From: Candidatus Bathyarchaeia archaeon
GTDB lineage: Archaea > Thermoproteota > Bathyarchaeia > Bathyarchaeales > Bathycorpusculaceae
Direction of reading: 5' to 3'
Assembly (NCBI GenBank): GCA_049515895.1
Contig: JBEKTQ010000021.1
Location: 60,740 to 124,739 of the forward strand
DNA length: 64,000 bases
Position 1 is the first letter of the stretch. Each line of letters starts with the position of its first letter. This document shows, one piece after another, positions 1-8,678 of the stretch. The notes under the pieces were generated by a model. The model searched no databases, was not told where the DNA came from, and saw only the letters and a program-made list of their open reading frames with translations. Made by a program: the position numbers and the translations under genes.

Positions 1-111
1 CCAGGCGAAAGGGGCCGCGGAGGCAAAACCCTGAAAATAAGAGTCGCTTACGAAAAAGAAGTAATAAAACGCATAGTTGATAGCAGAATAATGAACAAGA
101 AAAATGCATAA
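1..111 (+). CDS. 3' end of a gene entering the window (PGERGRGGKTLKIRVAYEKEVIKRIVDSRIMNKKNA*); possibly the winged-helix tail of a Cdc6/Orc1-like ATPase
   Basis: Frame 1 is open from base 1 to TAA at 109-111. GRGGKT-hydrophobic resembles the wing of Cdc6/Orc1 C-termini. Only 36 aa visible. Confidence 0.35.
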   Translation, partial: PGERGRGGKTLKIRVAYEKEVIKRIVDSRIMNKKNA

Positions 112-254
112 GATTATTTTGCGCTCTATTCAGTAGAATCAGCAATTATTTAACGCAATAGACTGTTTAACGGCGTAAATGTGCTCATTCAGCTGTGATT
201 CACATAATGATCTCTTATTTTTGGTTTTTAAGCAGTTTTTTCGGCGCTTTACTA

Positions 255-282
255 CTAGAAAAATGATTAAGTATTTTTCTAG
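255..282. promoter_or_regulatory. Inverted repeat CTAGAAAAAT-gattaagt-ATTTTTCTAG over the probable TATA box of the downstream gene
   Basis: Perfect 10-bp arms, 8-bp spacer containing TTAAGT, about 40 bp before the ATG at 322. Confidence 0.5.
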
Positions 283-321
283 ACCCAGAACATGACAAAG
301 ATATCAGTGGAGGTGAAAAAC

Positions 322-924
322 ATGAAGATGAAAAGAATTATGATTTTGGTCTTCTCATTGGCTTTGGTTGTGGTGTTTGCTGCGTCTACGCCTGCTTTAG
401 CATGCGGGCCACATCATGAGACTTTCACATGGACAGGAATTGGAGTTGGAACCAGTCCTGGAACCGTCTATGTGGACAGTAATAAGGTTGAGCATGTAAC
501 GGGACATACTGCAGAATGGACGTACTCTGCAGCACCATGGGGGACGGGAGCGCCTACAGCCACAAGCACAGAATATTTCACCCTTAATTTGAACACACTC
601 ACCGGAACCGATTTTGCGCTGAACGTAGGTACCTACCCAGGGGCAGGAGTCACTAATGGCGTCGCATTCATTAAATTCAATGGACTTGGCATGTTCACCT
701 GCAATGGACCAACTGTAAGCGCTTATGGATACACAGCAACTACAGGGCACTCATACTTCGGATTACTGAATTCGGCTGTCGCAACGCAATTCGGCACGAG
801 CGGGACACTGAAAGGACTGTACGCGGTAACTGAATCATCTACTGGAGTAACCGTAAGTAATCCGACAACCCACGCACCTCTGTATACCATCGCTGTCGAA
901 ACTTACACGTATTGGTTCATTTAG
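322..924 (+). CDS. Secreted Thr/Gly-rich, beta-rich hypothetical protein
   Basis: GGAGGTG SD before ATG 322 (ORF track starts at 292); signal peptide MKMKRIMILVFSLALVVVFAASTPALA. Confidence 0.75.
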   Translation: MKMKRIMILVFSLALVVVFAASTPALACGPHHETFTWTGIGVGTSPGTVYVDSNKVEHVTGHTAEWTYSAAPWGTGAPTATSTEYFTLNLNTLTGTDFALNVGTYPGAGVTNGVAFIKFNGLGMFTCNGPTVSAYGYTATTGHSYFGLLNSAVATQFGTSGTLKGLYAVTESSTGVTVSNPTTHAPLYTIAVETYTYWFI

Positions 925-1077
925 CAAGACGAACCTGTGTGAACAAGTCTGGATAGAGAAAATAGGAATTAACCCAATTTTTTTCTTTCTCATAGGCTTT
1001 TTCTACGCTGTGCAGATCTGATTTATTTTCATGAAAACTTTTAAAATCGACTAATTGTGTAAGGTGACTGACAGGGT

Positions 1078-1182
1078 TGGCACGCGCACGTGTACCTGGG
1101 AGTGAGTACCTAGTCGTAAGCGTGTGCGAGTTCGAGAGAGAGAGAGAAAGATTAAAACTTAATCCTACACACACCTTTTACG
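1078..1182. repeat. Dispersed non-coding element: GCACGCG...(GA)n-AAGATTAAAACTTAATCC-T(AC)n-CTTTTACG
   Basis: 1150-1182 aligns with 63462-63494; 1139-1155 is the exact reverse complement of 61743-61759. Confidence 0.6.
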
Positions 1183-1409
1183 CTTTCTGAAGGTTTGCGG
1201 AATTTTTTATTGAGGTTGATTTGGATAGAAATAATGTGGTGTTGGTATTTGTTGGTAGTATTCTTTTGAAGAAGAAAGTTTTTGCGCTCTCTTCACTGTT
1301 TTGCGCAAATAATTATTCTAAATATGTTTTCTAGGTTAACACACCTTTTTAAGCACCATTGGATTTTAGTTCAATCAACAAGAATCACGTGATTATTAAG
1401 ATTTAAGAG

Positions 1410-2351
1410 ATGGAAATTAGCGTGCTAACGAAGCCAAGCGTCCAAATTGAAGAAATGGCATGTTTCATGGACGCCTGCTATAAAGGAAAGGTTTCAGTTA
1501 ATTCGAAAATAAAACTGAAAGACTTTGATTCTGGGTGGGCGCAAAATGAAGAAGCCAAATTCTTGGGAAAAGGCAAATTAAAGGAAATGGCTAATACACT
1601 GTTAGAGCAGAACCGCCGAGAATTGGCGAAAGCGCAGGAGTTGCTTTATGCAAATAATACTTACGCTTTGCTTGTGATCTTGCAAGGTATGGATGCAGCG
1701 GGCAAAGATGGCATTATCAAACATGTAATGTCGGGAGTTAACCCGCAAGGTTGTCAGGTAACTAGTTTTAAGCAGCCGTCTATTATGGAGTTAGAGCATA
1801 ATTTTTTATGGCGACAGGTTGTGGCTTTACCTGAAAAAGGCAAGATTGGCATCTTTAACAGATCATACTACGAAGAAGTCTTGATTGTTAAAGTTCATAG
1901 AAATCTTTTAGAAAACCAAAATCTTCCGGCGAGAAAATATAACAGCGAGTTTTGGAAAAACCGCTATGAGGATATAGCAAATTTTGAACATCATCTTGTT
2001 CGAAATGGAACAGTGATTCTAAAGTTTTTTTTGCATATTTCCAAAAATGAACAGGAAAAACGCTTAGTTGAACGATTAAACAACCCTGACAAATATTGGA
2101 AATTTTCGGATACTGACATTAAAGAAAGGGATTATTGGGATGATTACATGAAAGCTTATGAGGACATGATAAACAATACAAGCACGAAATGGGCGCCTTG
2201 GTATATTATTCCAGCAGACTATAAATGGCTAGCTCGTTCACTAGTTGCCGACATAATGACCACAAGCATACTGTCTTTGGGGATCAAATTTCCCATGTTG
2301 AGTGAGCAACAATTTGAAGCAATTGAAGAAGCCAAAAGAAAACTTGAATGA
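1410..2351 (+). CDS. ppk2: Polyphosphate kinase 2 family phosphotransferase (class III-like)
   Basis: Walker A QGMDAAGKDG, GVNPQGC, SFKQPS, FNRSYYEEV, PWYIIPAD. Confidence 0.93.
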   Translation: MEISVLTKPSVQIEEMACFMDACYKGKVSVNSKIKLKDFDSGWAQNEEAKFLGKGKLKEMANTLLEQNRRELAKAQELLYANNTYALLVILQGMDAAGKDGIIKHVMSGVNPQGCQVTSFKQPSIMELEHNFLWRQVVALPEKGKIGIFNRSYYEEVLIVKVHRNLLENQNLPARKYNSEFWKNRYEDIANFEHHLVRNGTVILKFFLHISKNEQEKRLVERLNNPDKYWKFSDTDIKERDYWDDYMKAYEDMINNTSTKWAPWYIIPADYKWLARSLVADIMTTSILSLGIKFPMLSEQQFEAIEEAKRKLE

Positions 2352-2476
2352 GCATCATAATAGTAGACATGATAAGTTATCATTCTAGAAGCAGGCAGGT
2401 TTCGTTGGTGACAGATTCAAGCGGTTGTTTGGATTAAAATCTAATTCTCTTTTTCATTTGTTTTGTTGTTCTCCCC

Positions 2477-3586
2477 GTGGCTAGACCATTACCAATAAAT
2501 CGTTCAGCTACTTCTTTTTGGCACGGTCGTTTGACCAAGTTGGAACAAGAAAACTTCAGCCTATATCCAAATCTAATTCGTGTTTCAACGGGCACCGCCA
2601 TAGTTCTCGGGTTGCTACAAGGCAAGCTAGATGCTGAGCCTTCAACGGCATACTTGATGACTTACAGGAACGGCAAGTGCACGGCTAACTGTGGCTTCTG
2701 TCCTCAAGCTCGCGGCAGCAAGAGCAGCGCAGAGTTGCTTTCCAGGGTTACTTGGCCAACCTTTTCAACTCCTAAAGTTTTGTCGGCACTCGGAGACAGG
2801 TTCAGGAAAGGCAAAATCAAGAGGGTCTGCATTCAAGCCTTAAATTACCCTGAAGTTTTCGCGCATCTAGAAGCCCTCGTCAAAGAAATAAAAAGGAATG
2901 CAGCAGTTCAGGTTTCGGTTTCCTGCCAGCCTCTGAGCAGAACAAATATTGAGCTTTTGGCGAAAGCAGGCGTTGACAGGTTAGGGGTAGCTTTCGATGC
3001 GGCAACCGAGCCACTTTTTGACCAAGTTAAGGGTAAAGGTGCAGGAGGCCCTTACAGCTGGAGTAACCAGTTCCAAATGCTAGCTGAGGCTTTAGCGGTT
3101 TTTGGAAAGGGAAATGTCAGTACACATGTTATTGTTGGGCTCGGCGAGATTGAACAGGAAGCGGTACAGCTAATTCAGAAGTCCGTTGACATGGGTGTTT
3201 TGCCTGCTCTTTTTGCTTTCACCCCCGTTCGTGGAACCTCGCTCGAAAAGAATTCGCCGCCGCCGTTGGAGTCTTACAGGCGAATGCAGCTTGCCAGATT
3301 CTTGATTACTAAGGGATCAACGCGAACTGAATGCATGCGCTTTGATGATGAAGGCAGGATTGCAAGCTTTGGTTTGGAGAAAGAAGCGTTAGAAGAGGCG
3401 GTTTTGTCAGGTAAACCTTTTCTGACCTCGGGCTGTCCAGACTGCAATCGACCGTTCTACAATGAAAAACCCAGCGGACCCATCTACAACTATCCTCGGA
3501 AACTGACGGATGAGGAGTTGGAATTTGTTATGTGGCAATTCGCGGGTTTTTTTAGCTCCGCCATTGGCAAAAGACTATTTGGGTAG
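2477..3586 (+). CDS. lipS2: Radical SAM protein, LipS2-type subunit of the archaeal two-protein lipoyl synthase (true start probably TTG 2531 or 2540)
   Basis: CxxxCxxC (CTANCGFC) and C-terminal TSGCPDCNRP matching the LipS2 TxGCPxC(N/D)RP motif. Confidence 0.75.
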   Translation: MARPLPINRSATSFWHGRLTKLEQENFSLYPNLIRVSTGTAIVLGLLQGKLDAEPSTAYLMTYRNGKCTANCGFCPQARGSKSSAELLSRVTWPTFSTPKVLSALGDRFRKGKIKRVCIQALNYPEVFAHLEALVKEIKRNAAVQVSVSCQPLSRTNIELLAKAGVDRLGVAFDAATEPLFDQVKGKGAGGPYSWSNQFQMLAEALAVFGKGNVSTHVIVGLGEIEQEAVQLIQKSVDMGVLPALFAFTPVRGTSLEKNSPPPLESYRRMQLARFLITKGSTRTECMRFDDEGRIASFGLEKEALEEAVLSGKPFLTSGCPDCNRPFYNEKPSGPIYNYPRKLTDEELEFVMWQFAGFFSSAIGKRLFG

Positions 3587-3605
3587 TTGCGGTTTTGAGT
3601 GCTGT

Positions 3606-4970
3606 TTACGCTATTAGTTGATCAGCTGCTTGTGAGGCTTTATTTTCGTTTTTGGGTAGTTTCGGTTTCTGCCTTGTCACTTGCTCAACAAGTCGCCAGA
3701 ACTCATCCATCGTGTAACCCTTAAGCAGGTCCTTCATAAGCCGCTTCACTTGATAATACGTCATTTGGGCTTCGCCTTTGTCCAGGCTTTCCTGTGGACC
3801 TTTGATGCGGCGGAAAAGCTCATCCATTTGGCGAGGAGACGCACGAACCCCGGCTTTCTCCAAAAGTTTCTGAATCAGCGTTTGACCTGTGCTTCTGCCT
3901 ATGAAAATCGTGGTTTCTCTGCCTACGATTTCAGGAGGGAAAGGCTCGTAAAGCAGGGGTTGAGCCATCATTTCCTCCACGTCTTCCTCCACCTCATGAG
4001 TAAAAATGTTTTCGCCGATTATGGGTTTATGGAATTGGATTGGTAGGGCGAAGGCTTTTTCTGCAGCCTGAGCGACGCGGTAAATCTTACCCATATCTAT
4101 GCCTGTGTCAATATTGTAAAGAAGTTCTGCCCCTGTTACAACCTCTTCGAAGGGGGCTATTCCAGCCCGTTCCCCGAATCCGGCTATGCATGTGTGCAGG
4201 TATGCGACGCCTTCTTCCATGGCGGCTAAGGTGTTAGCTGTCGCCAAGCCGAAATCGTTGTGACAGTGAATTGACAACGGGACTTTGTTTCGTATCGAAT
4301 CAGGTAACCCATCGCGAACATGAGCCATTAGGTAACGCATTGAAAGCGGTCTGATGAATCCGACGCTATCAGCTATTCCCAGGCTTTTTGCTCCAGCTTT
4401 AGCCGCAACCCCAAAAACCTCCAATATATCTTCGAGCACTGTTCGGGTGCCGTCCACAAGCACGAAGTCCACGGCTGCTCCACGTGTCTTCGCGTAGTCT
4501 ATGCCTTCAGAAAGTCTCTGCAGAGCCTGGGCCTTAGTTAGTTTAAGTTTGTACTGCAGGTTTAAGCCGTTAACGGGTGTTTCAATTGTTATTTCTTTGA
4601 TTCCACACTCTAAGCAGGCGTTGATGCTGTTTTTAGTCGGTTCAGCTGAAGCGGTAAGCTTAACGCTACTAAAACTTTCATTTACGATGCGTTTGACATT
4701 GCGTTTTTCATCTTCAGACAAAGCAGGAAATCCAACGTTGATTTTAGCTACTCCTGCCTCATCCATCAGTTTTGCAAGCCTAACCTGCTCTGAGTAAGTT
4801 AAATAAACCGTTGGCGCCTTAATGCCTTCTCGAAAAGTTTCATCCCAAATAAAGGCGCGGTCAGGAAGTTTGGGGGGCAAATTCTTTCTTAGGCGGTTGT
4901 AATTTGCGATTAGCCCTTGGGCTTCCAGCTTCTTAAATATGGTCTTCCTCATCCAGACACAATCCAACAA
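3606..4970 (-). CDS. LeuA/AksA/homocitrate-synthase-like DRE-TIM protein with degenerate active-site motifs
   Basis: DETFREG, HCHNDFGLATAN, GFGERAG, KPIIGENIF. Confidence 0.8.
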   Translation of the reverse strand: MLDCVWMRKTIFKKLEAQGLIANYNRLRKNLPPKLPDRAFIWDETFREGIKAPTVYLTYSEQVRLAKLMDEAGVAKINVGFPALSEDEKRNVKRIVNESFSSVKLTASAEPTKNSINACLECGIKEITIETPVNGLNLQYKLKLTKAQALQRLSEGIDYAKTRGAAVDFVLVDGTRTVLEDILEVFGVAAKAGAKSLGIADSVGFIRPLSMRYLMAHVRDGLPDSIRNKVPLSIHCHNDFGLATANTLAAMEEGVAYLHTCIAGFGERAGIAPFEEVVTGAELLYNIDTGIDMGKIYRVAQAAEKAFALPIQFHKPIIGENIFTHEVEEDVEEMMAQPLLYEPFPPEIVGRETTIFIGRSTGQTLIQKLLEKAGVRASPRQMDELFRRIKGPQESLDKGEAQMTYYQVKRLMKDLLKGYTMDEFWRLVEQVTRQKPKLPKNENKASQAADQLIA

Positions 4971-5164
4971 TATGAACGTTAAACCGTATGTTTAATCTGC
5001 GAATTCCTATATAAAAACTACATTAACAACCCTTCGACGCCCTTTTCTCGTTTTGACCTAAACAGTTCTCTATTTATTTTTGTAAACGTTTTCCAAGGTG
5101 TTTTTTCACTGATAGTTTTCTGAAAAAAGATTGTTTTGCAAAAGTTTTAAGTGTACAAAGGGTA

Positions 5165-5374
5165 ATGTATAACCGCCAAGGGGTAACAGGAATGAGTAGC
5201 CTTCAAAACACAATCATGAAAATTAAGAATTTAGAAGCTGAGAAAAAAAGTCTTCTTTCTGAAATTGACGAACTAAATAAAATGGCTGATGCAAAAGCTT
5301 CCGACTTGGAGGCTGAGGTGGCTTCTCTGCGGGAAGAGGCTAAAACGCTTAAGACTCTGATAGGACAAGGGTGA
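5165..5374 (+). CDS. Small coiled-coil protein
   Basis: Heptad-rich (KIKNLEAEKKSLLSEIDELNK); TATA-like TTTTAAG upstream. Confidence 0.65.
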   Translation: MYNRQGVTGMSSLQNTIMKIKNLEAEKKSLLSEIDELNKMADAKASDLEAEVASLREEAKTLKTLIGQG

Positions 5375-5445
5375 CAAAGTCAGCAGCCAAGCGTAAGCCA
5401 GCTCAAGTTGATTAGAATTTCAGCGGCTTGTAACGCTCGTTACGG

Positions 5446-6333
5446 TCACTGAGATTCAACCGCTGGTGGCGTTCTTTGCAGAAGTGTGTTTACTGCATTC
5501 GATAACCCATTGCAGGCCGCTTGCCGTGGTTCAACGGAGGTGTCAGTTTCAAGTTTTTCAAGCGCCTTGTGCAGACTCTCAATTTTATCTGTAATTTCCT
5601 GCTTCTTTTTCTCGTAGCTGTCATGCAGTTTCTCTTGGTCAGCTGTAAAACTTGAAAGTGTCACTTCCAACTCCGCTTTTTTGGATTTTAGCTCCTGCCT
5701 TGTCTTGGCGAGATTTTCCGCCGCCTTTCTTCGAGCATTAAACTTATAGAAGCTGATTTTGATTTCTTCCTGGCTTGCCACGTCATCTTCCAAGTCACGG
5801 ATTTCGGTGCTTAAACGCTGAACGTCCGCATTTCGTTTGAAGCTTAGCTGCCTCGTTTTCTCAGCATATTCTTTGTCGGTTTCCACTAGAAGATGATTGT
5901 TATCAACTAGCTCCTTTGCTTCCCCAGTGAGGCTTGATTCTTGAACCCTTTTCTCGGCGAGCGCAGCTTCTACGTCCAAGAAAATCTGCGCACGCTCCTT
6001 AACAAACTGCTCGTCAGCTTTTATGTTAGGACTTGATTCGAATTCTAAGACGACTTGCCGGAGGTTCACGAGCCAAGGATCAAAGTATTGGCTGAAGGGT
6101 GAAAGGGCAAAAATCTGATTTCCAAGCCTACTTAAGCTGCCCAGCGTTTTTTCAACAGCATCTTTGGCTGAAACTTGCGTTTCTTCTTCCAGATATTTGC
6201 CGCCGCTACGCTGTTTTTTCTCTTTCGATTTCTTCTCATGCGCAGATTTAGAGAACTGATGGGTGTTCCGACGTGAACCCGTTTGAGATCTGTAAGTCAT
6301 AAACACACCAAAGTACAAGAAATATTTAAACAA
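5446..6333 (-). CDS. Long coiled-coil hypothetical protein with basic N-terminus (start possibly ATG 6300)
   Basis: 295-aa ORF rich in E/K/L heptads. Confidence 0.75.
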   Translation of the reverse strand: MFKYFLYFGVFMTYRSQTGSRRNTHQFSKSAHEKKSKEKKQRSGGKYLEEETQVSAKDAVEKTLGSLSRLGNQIFALSPFSQYFDPWLVNLRQVVLEFESSPNIKADEQFVKERAQIFLDVEAALAEKRVQESSLTGEAKELVDNNHLLVETDKEYAEKTRQLSFKRNADVQRLSTEIRDLEDDVASQEEIKISFYKFNARRKAAENLAKTRQELKSKKAELEVTLSSFTADQEKLHDSYEKKKQEITDKIESLHKALEKLETDTSVEPRQAACNGLSNAVNTLLQRTPPAVESQ

Positions 6334-6542
6334 TAACTGTCCTTCAAAAAAAGTCCCGCTTCGCCAACATACAAAGTTTCGGTTACCCCTTTGTTCCTCA
6401 CTCTAAGTTTAGTCAGGGAATTTATTGGGTTGTGGGGTTTGGAGATAACTTGAGGGGGAGAAGGGAGAGCGTGCGAAAAATATAATTCTCCAAACCTTTC
6501 CACCCAACCCATTGTTTCGGTTTTGTTTTTGGCCCTCCGTGA

Positions 6543-7721
6543 CTATAAGGCTTTGAAAGCCTCGAACCACCTGTTGTATGCAGTTAACATGTCCAGTGAA
6601 ACGCTTGGTTTGCGCTCTTCGAGGATTTGACGGAAGTCACTCATCGTTAAAGCTCTCGGAGTTGCTGCTTTGTCCATTGCTTTGCCTGACTCGAAGAATT
6701 CTCCGATTAGTGACAACTGTGCTGACTGGCAAACGTCACGTATGTCGCTTCCTGAGAAGCCTTCAGAAAGCCGCGCCAACTCGTCGAGGTCTACGTCGGA
6801 AGCTGTTTGCAGGTTGCTTGAGTAGACTCTAAACATGTTTAGCCGTGTGGAATGGTCCGCCAGCGGTACAAGAATTCTCTTCTGGAACCGCCTGATAAAC
6901 GCCCAATCAAGATCCCATGGCTTGTTCGTTGCACCTATAACGTAAACATGCAGGTTCTTACCTTTGTCAACTATGCCGTCCATTTCTTTTAGGAACTGGT
7001 TGCGGACGCGAATTTCTCCGCCGACCTCGTTTGTGTGAGCTCCCATTAACGAGTCTAATTCGTCAACGAACACTATTGCTGGTTTGCCGTCGGTTGCGGA
7101 TTTACGCGCGGAACCAAAAAGTTTAGCGACGTTCTGTTCCGCTTCCCCAAGCCACTTGGACATAATTGATGCTGCATCAATGGAGTAGAAGTTAGCATCG
7201 ATCTCTGTTGCAACCGCCGCCGCCAAGAGCGTTTTTCCGCAGCCTGGTGGACCAAAAAGCAGTATGCCTCGAGGCCAGCCTAAGGGGAACAGGTCAGGTC
7301 TTTGAACTGGGTAAACGATGGCTTCTTTGACTGCTTTTTTAGCAACGTCTAAACCTACCACTTCATCCCAGTTAACCTTGGGTTTCTCAGTAAGAACGAG
7401 TTCTTCGTTATTCGTCTTGGAGACGCTGCTGCCCTCCATCGTTGCTGCTCCGCCTCCCCCGTCATTGTTGCTTGCTTCGTTCATTTCAGCTGAGGAAACG
7501 GCTCCTTGCAACGCTTTGATTCTTTCCTGATAGGCGATTGCTCGCTGAACATATACTTTGTTTAAACCGTATTCAGGATAAAGCTGGACAAGTTGCAGGA
7601 GGGCTTCGATTGCTTTTTGGTAAAGTGTTATGGCTCTACCTCTTTGCCCCTGCTTATCTAAACGCACAGCATCCAAGGCGTATGCTGTTGCTGCTTTCTC
7701 AAGTTCGTTTGAAGCGCTCAT
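6543..7721 (-). CDS. cdvC: CdvC / Vps4-type AAA+ ATPase
   Basis: N-terminal MIT domain; GPPGCGKT, VFVDELD, GATNKPWDLD, RRFQKRI; next to ESCRT-III genes. Confidence 0.95.
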   Translation of the reverse strand: MSASNELEKAATAYALDAVRLDKQGQRGRAITLYQKAIEALLQLVQLYPEYGLNKVYVQRAIAYQERIKALQGAVSSAEMNEASNNDGGGGAATMEGSSVSKTNNEELVLTEKPKVNWDEVVGLDVAKKAVKEAIVYPVQRPDLFPLGWPRGILLFGPPGCGKTLLAAAVATEIDANFYSIDAASIMSKWLGEAEQNVAKLFGSARKSATDGKPAIVFVDELDSLMGAHTNEVGGEIRVRNQFLKEMDGIVDKGKNLHVYVIGATNKPWDLDWAFIRRFQKRILVPLADHSTRLNMFRVYSSNLQTASDVDLDELARLSEGFSGSDIRDVCQSAQLSLIGEFFESGKAMDKAATPRALTMSDFRQILEERKPSVSLDMLTAYNRWFEAFKAL

Positions 7722-7740
7722 TTATTCTCTCTCCTTTCGC

Positions 7741-8655
7741 CTATTCTGGCGATTTTAACTCGATTTTTATTTTGCCCTTTGTTCCTAAACTTTCTAGGGC
7801 ACGTTCAATTTCTTCGTTTGAAGTTTGAAGTTCATTTGAACATCGACTGAGATCGATTTCCCCGTTAGTTTTGCGGACGTACTCCATCAGGATATCTTCT
7901 AGTGCCGAGTTCTGAACCTTGAGCGAGAACTCCTTTATTTCCTGCTTTTTGTAGGAAAACAGAGCCTTCGTCGGGTCAAACCCGGTTTCCTCAGTGGTTT
8001 TGTGCCCGATCAATTGGGAAGAAGTTGCGGTAAGTGCAACCAACTCCTTGATTGGTGTTTTTTCCTTAACTGCTGGGGCTCCAATAGGGGGTTCGGGAAG
8101 TGTTTCAGCAATTTTCTGCTGCATGAACGATGTAACTTCTTTAAGTATTTCTTCGCCGCCCTCCGTCTTTTTTCCGACAGGAATCAGATTTTCGTCAGTC
8201 GTGATTTTCGCAGCATGCAATGTATCCTGGATTGCCGTGTTAACGCTATCTAGTTCCGAACTGACGTCAGGGAGAACCTGGAACAGTTCTTGGGAAACGC
8301 CTTGCAGCAAACGCAGGGCGGGCTTCAGGTCAGTAACGATGTCGCCAAGTTCCCTAATAGTCTCAAGCCGCATGATTACTCGGTCAATAGCTAACTGGAC
8401 GTTGTAGAGAAATTTTACAAGTTTTCTGACTTCAGCCAGTTCAGTCGCGCATATGGCTGCTTTTTCGCGGTTATTCTTTTTCAAGGCGCCCATGCACGAT
8501 TCAAAAAGTATCCGGTCTCTTTCTTTAAGGCGGAAGCCTGCCTGTTCAAGTTTGCCTTGTTGAACCTTAAGGGTGGTGATTGATTTAGTGGCGACTTCGC
8601 GGACTGGCGGGGGGGTTGGGTTGCTTAGTACTTTGATGCCTTGTCCCTCCCCCAG
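7741..8655 (-). CDS. cdvB: CdvB (ESCRT-III) with MIM2-like motif and C-terminal winged helix; start probably CTG 8655
   Basis: Snf7 core (ELAEVRK...LETIRELGD), LPEPP, wH tail. Frame is open and Snf7-like upstream of the track start (8493). GGAG SD lies 4 nt before CTG. Confidence 0.88.
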   Translation of the reverse strand: MGEGQGIKVLSNPTPPPVREVATKSITTLKVQQGKLEQAGFRLKERDRILFESCMGALKKNNREKAAICATELAEVRKLVKFLYNVQLAIDRVIMRLETIRELGDIVTDLKPALRLLQGVSQELFQVLPDVSSELDSVNTAIQDTLHAAKITTDENLIPVGKKTEGGEEILKEVTSFMQQKIAETLPEPPIGAPAVKEKTPIKELVALTATSSQLIGHKTTEETGFDPTKALFSYKKQEIKEFSLKVQNSALEDILMEYVRKTNGEIDLSRCSNELQTSNEEIERALESLGTKGKIKIELKSPE

Positions 8656-8678
8656 GCGTCTCCACTTTGTTTTGGCGT

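Noticed and set aside
917-1174. 85-aa minus-strand ORF
   Set aside because: LSLSLS/HTLT come from the GA and CA runs of the non-coding repeat
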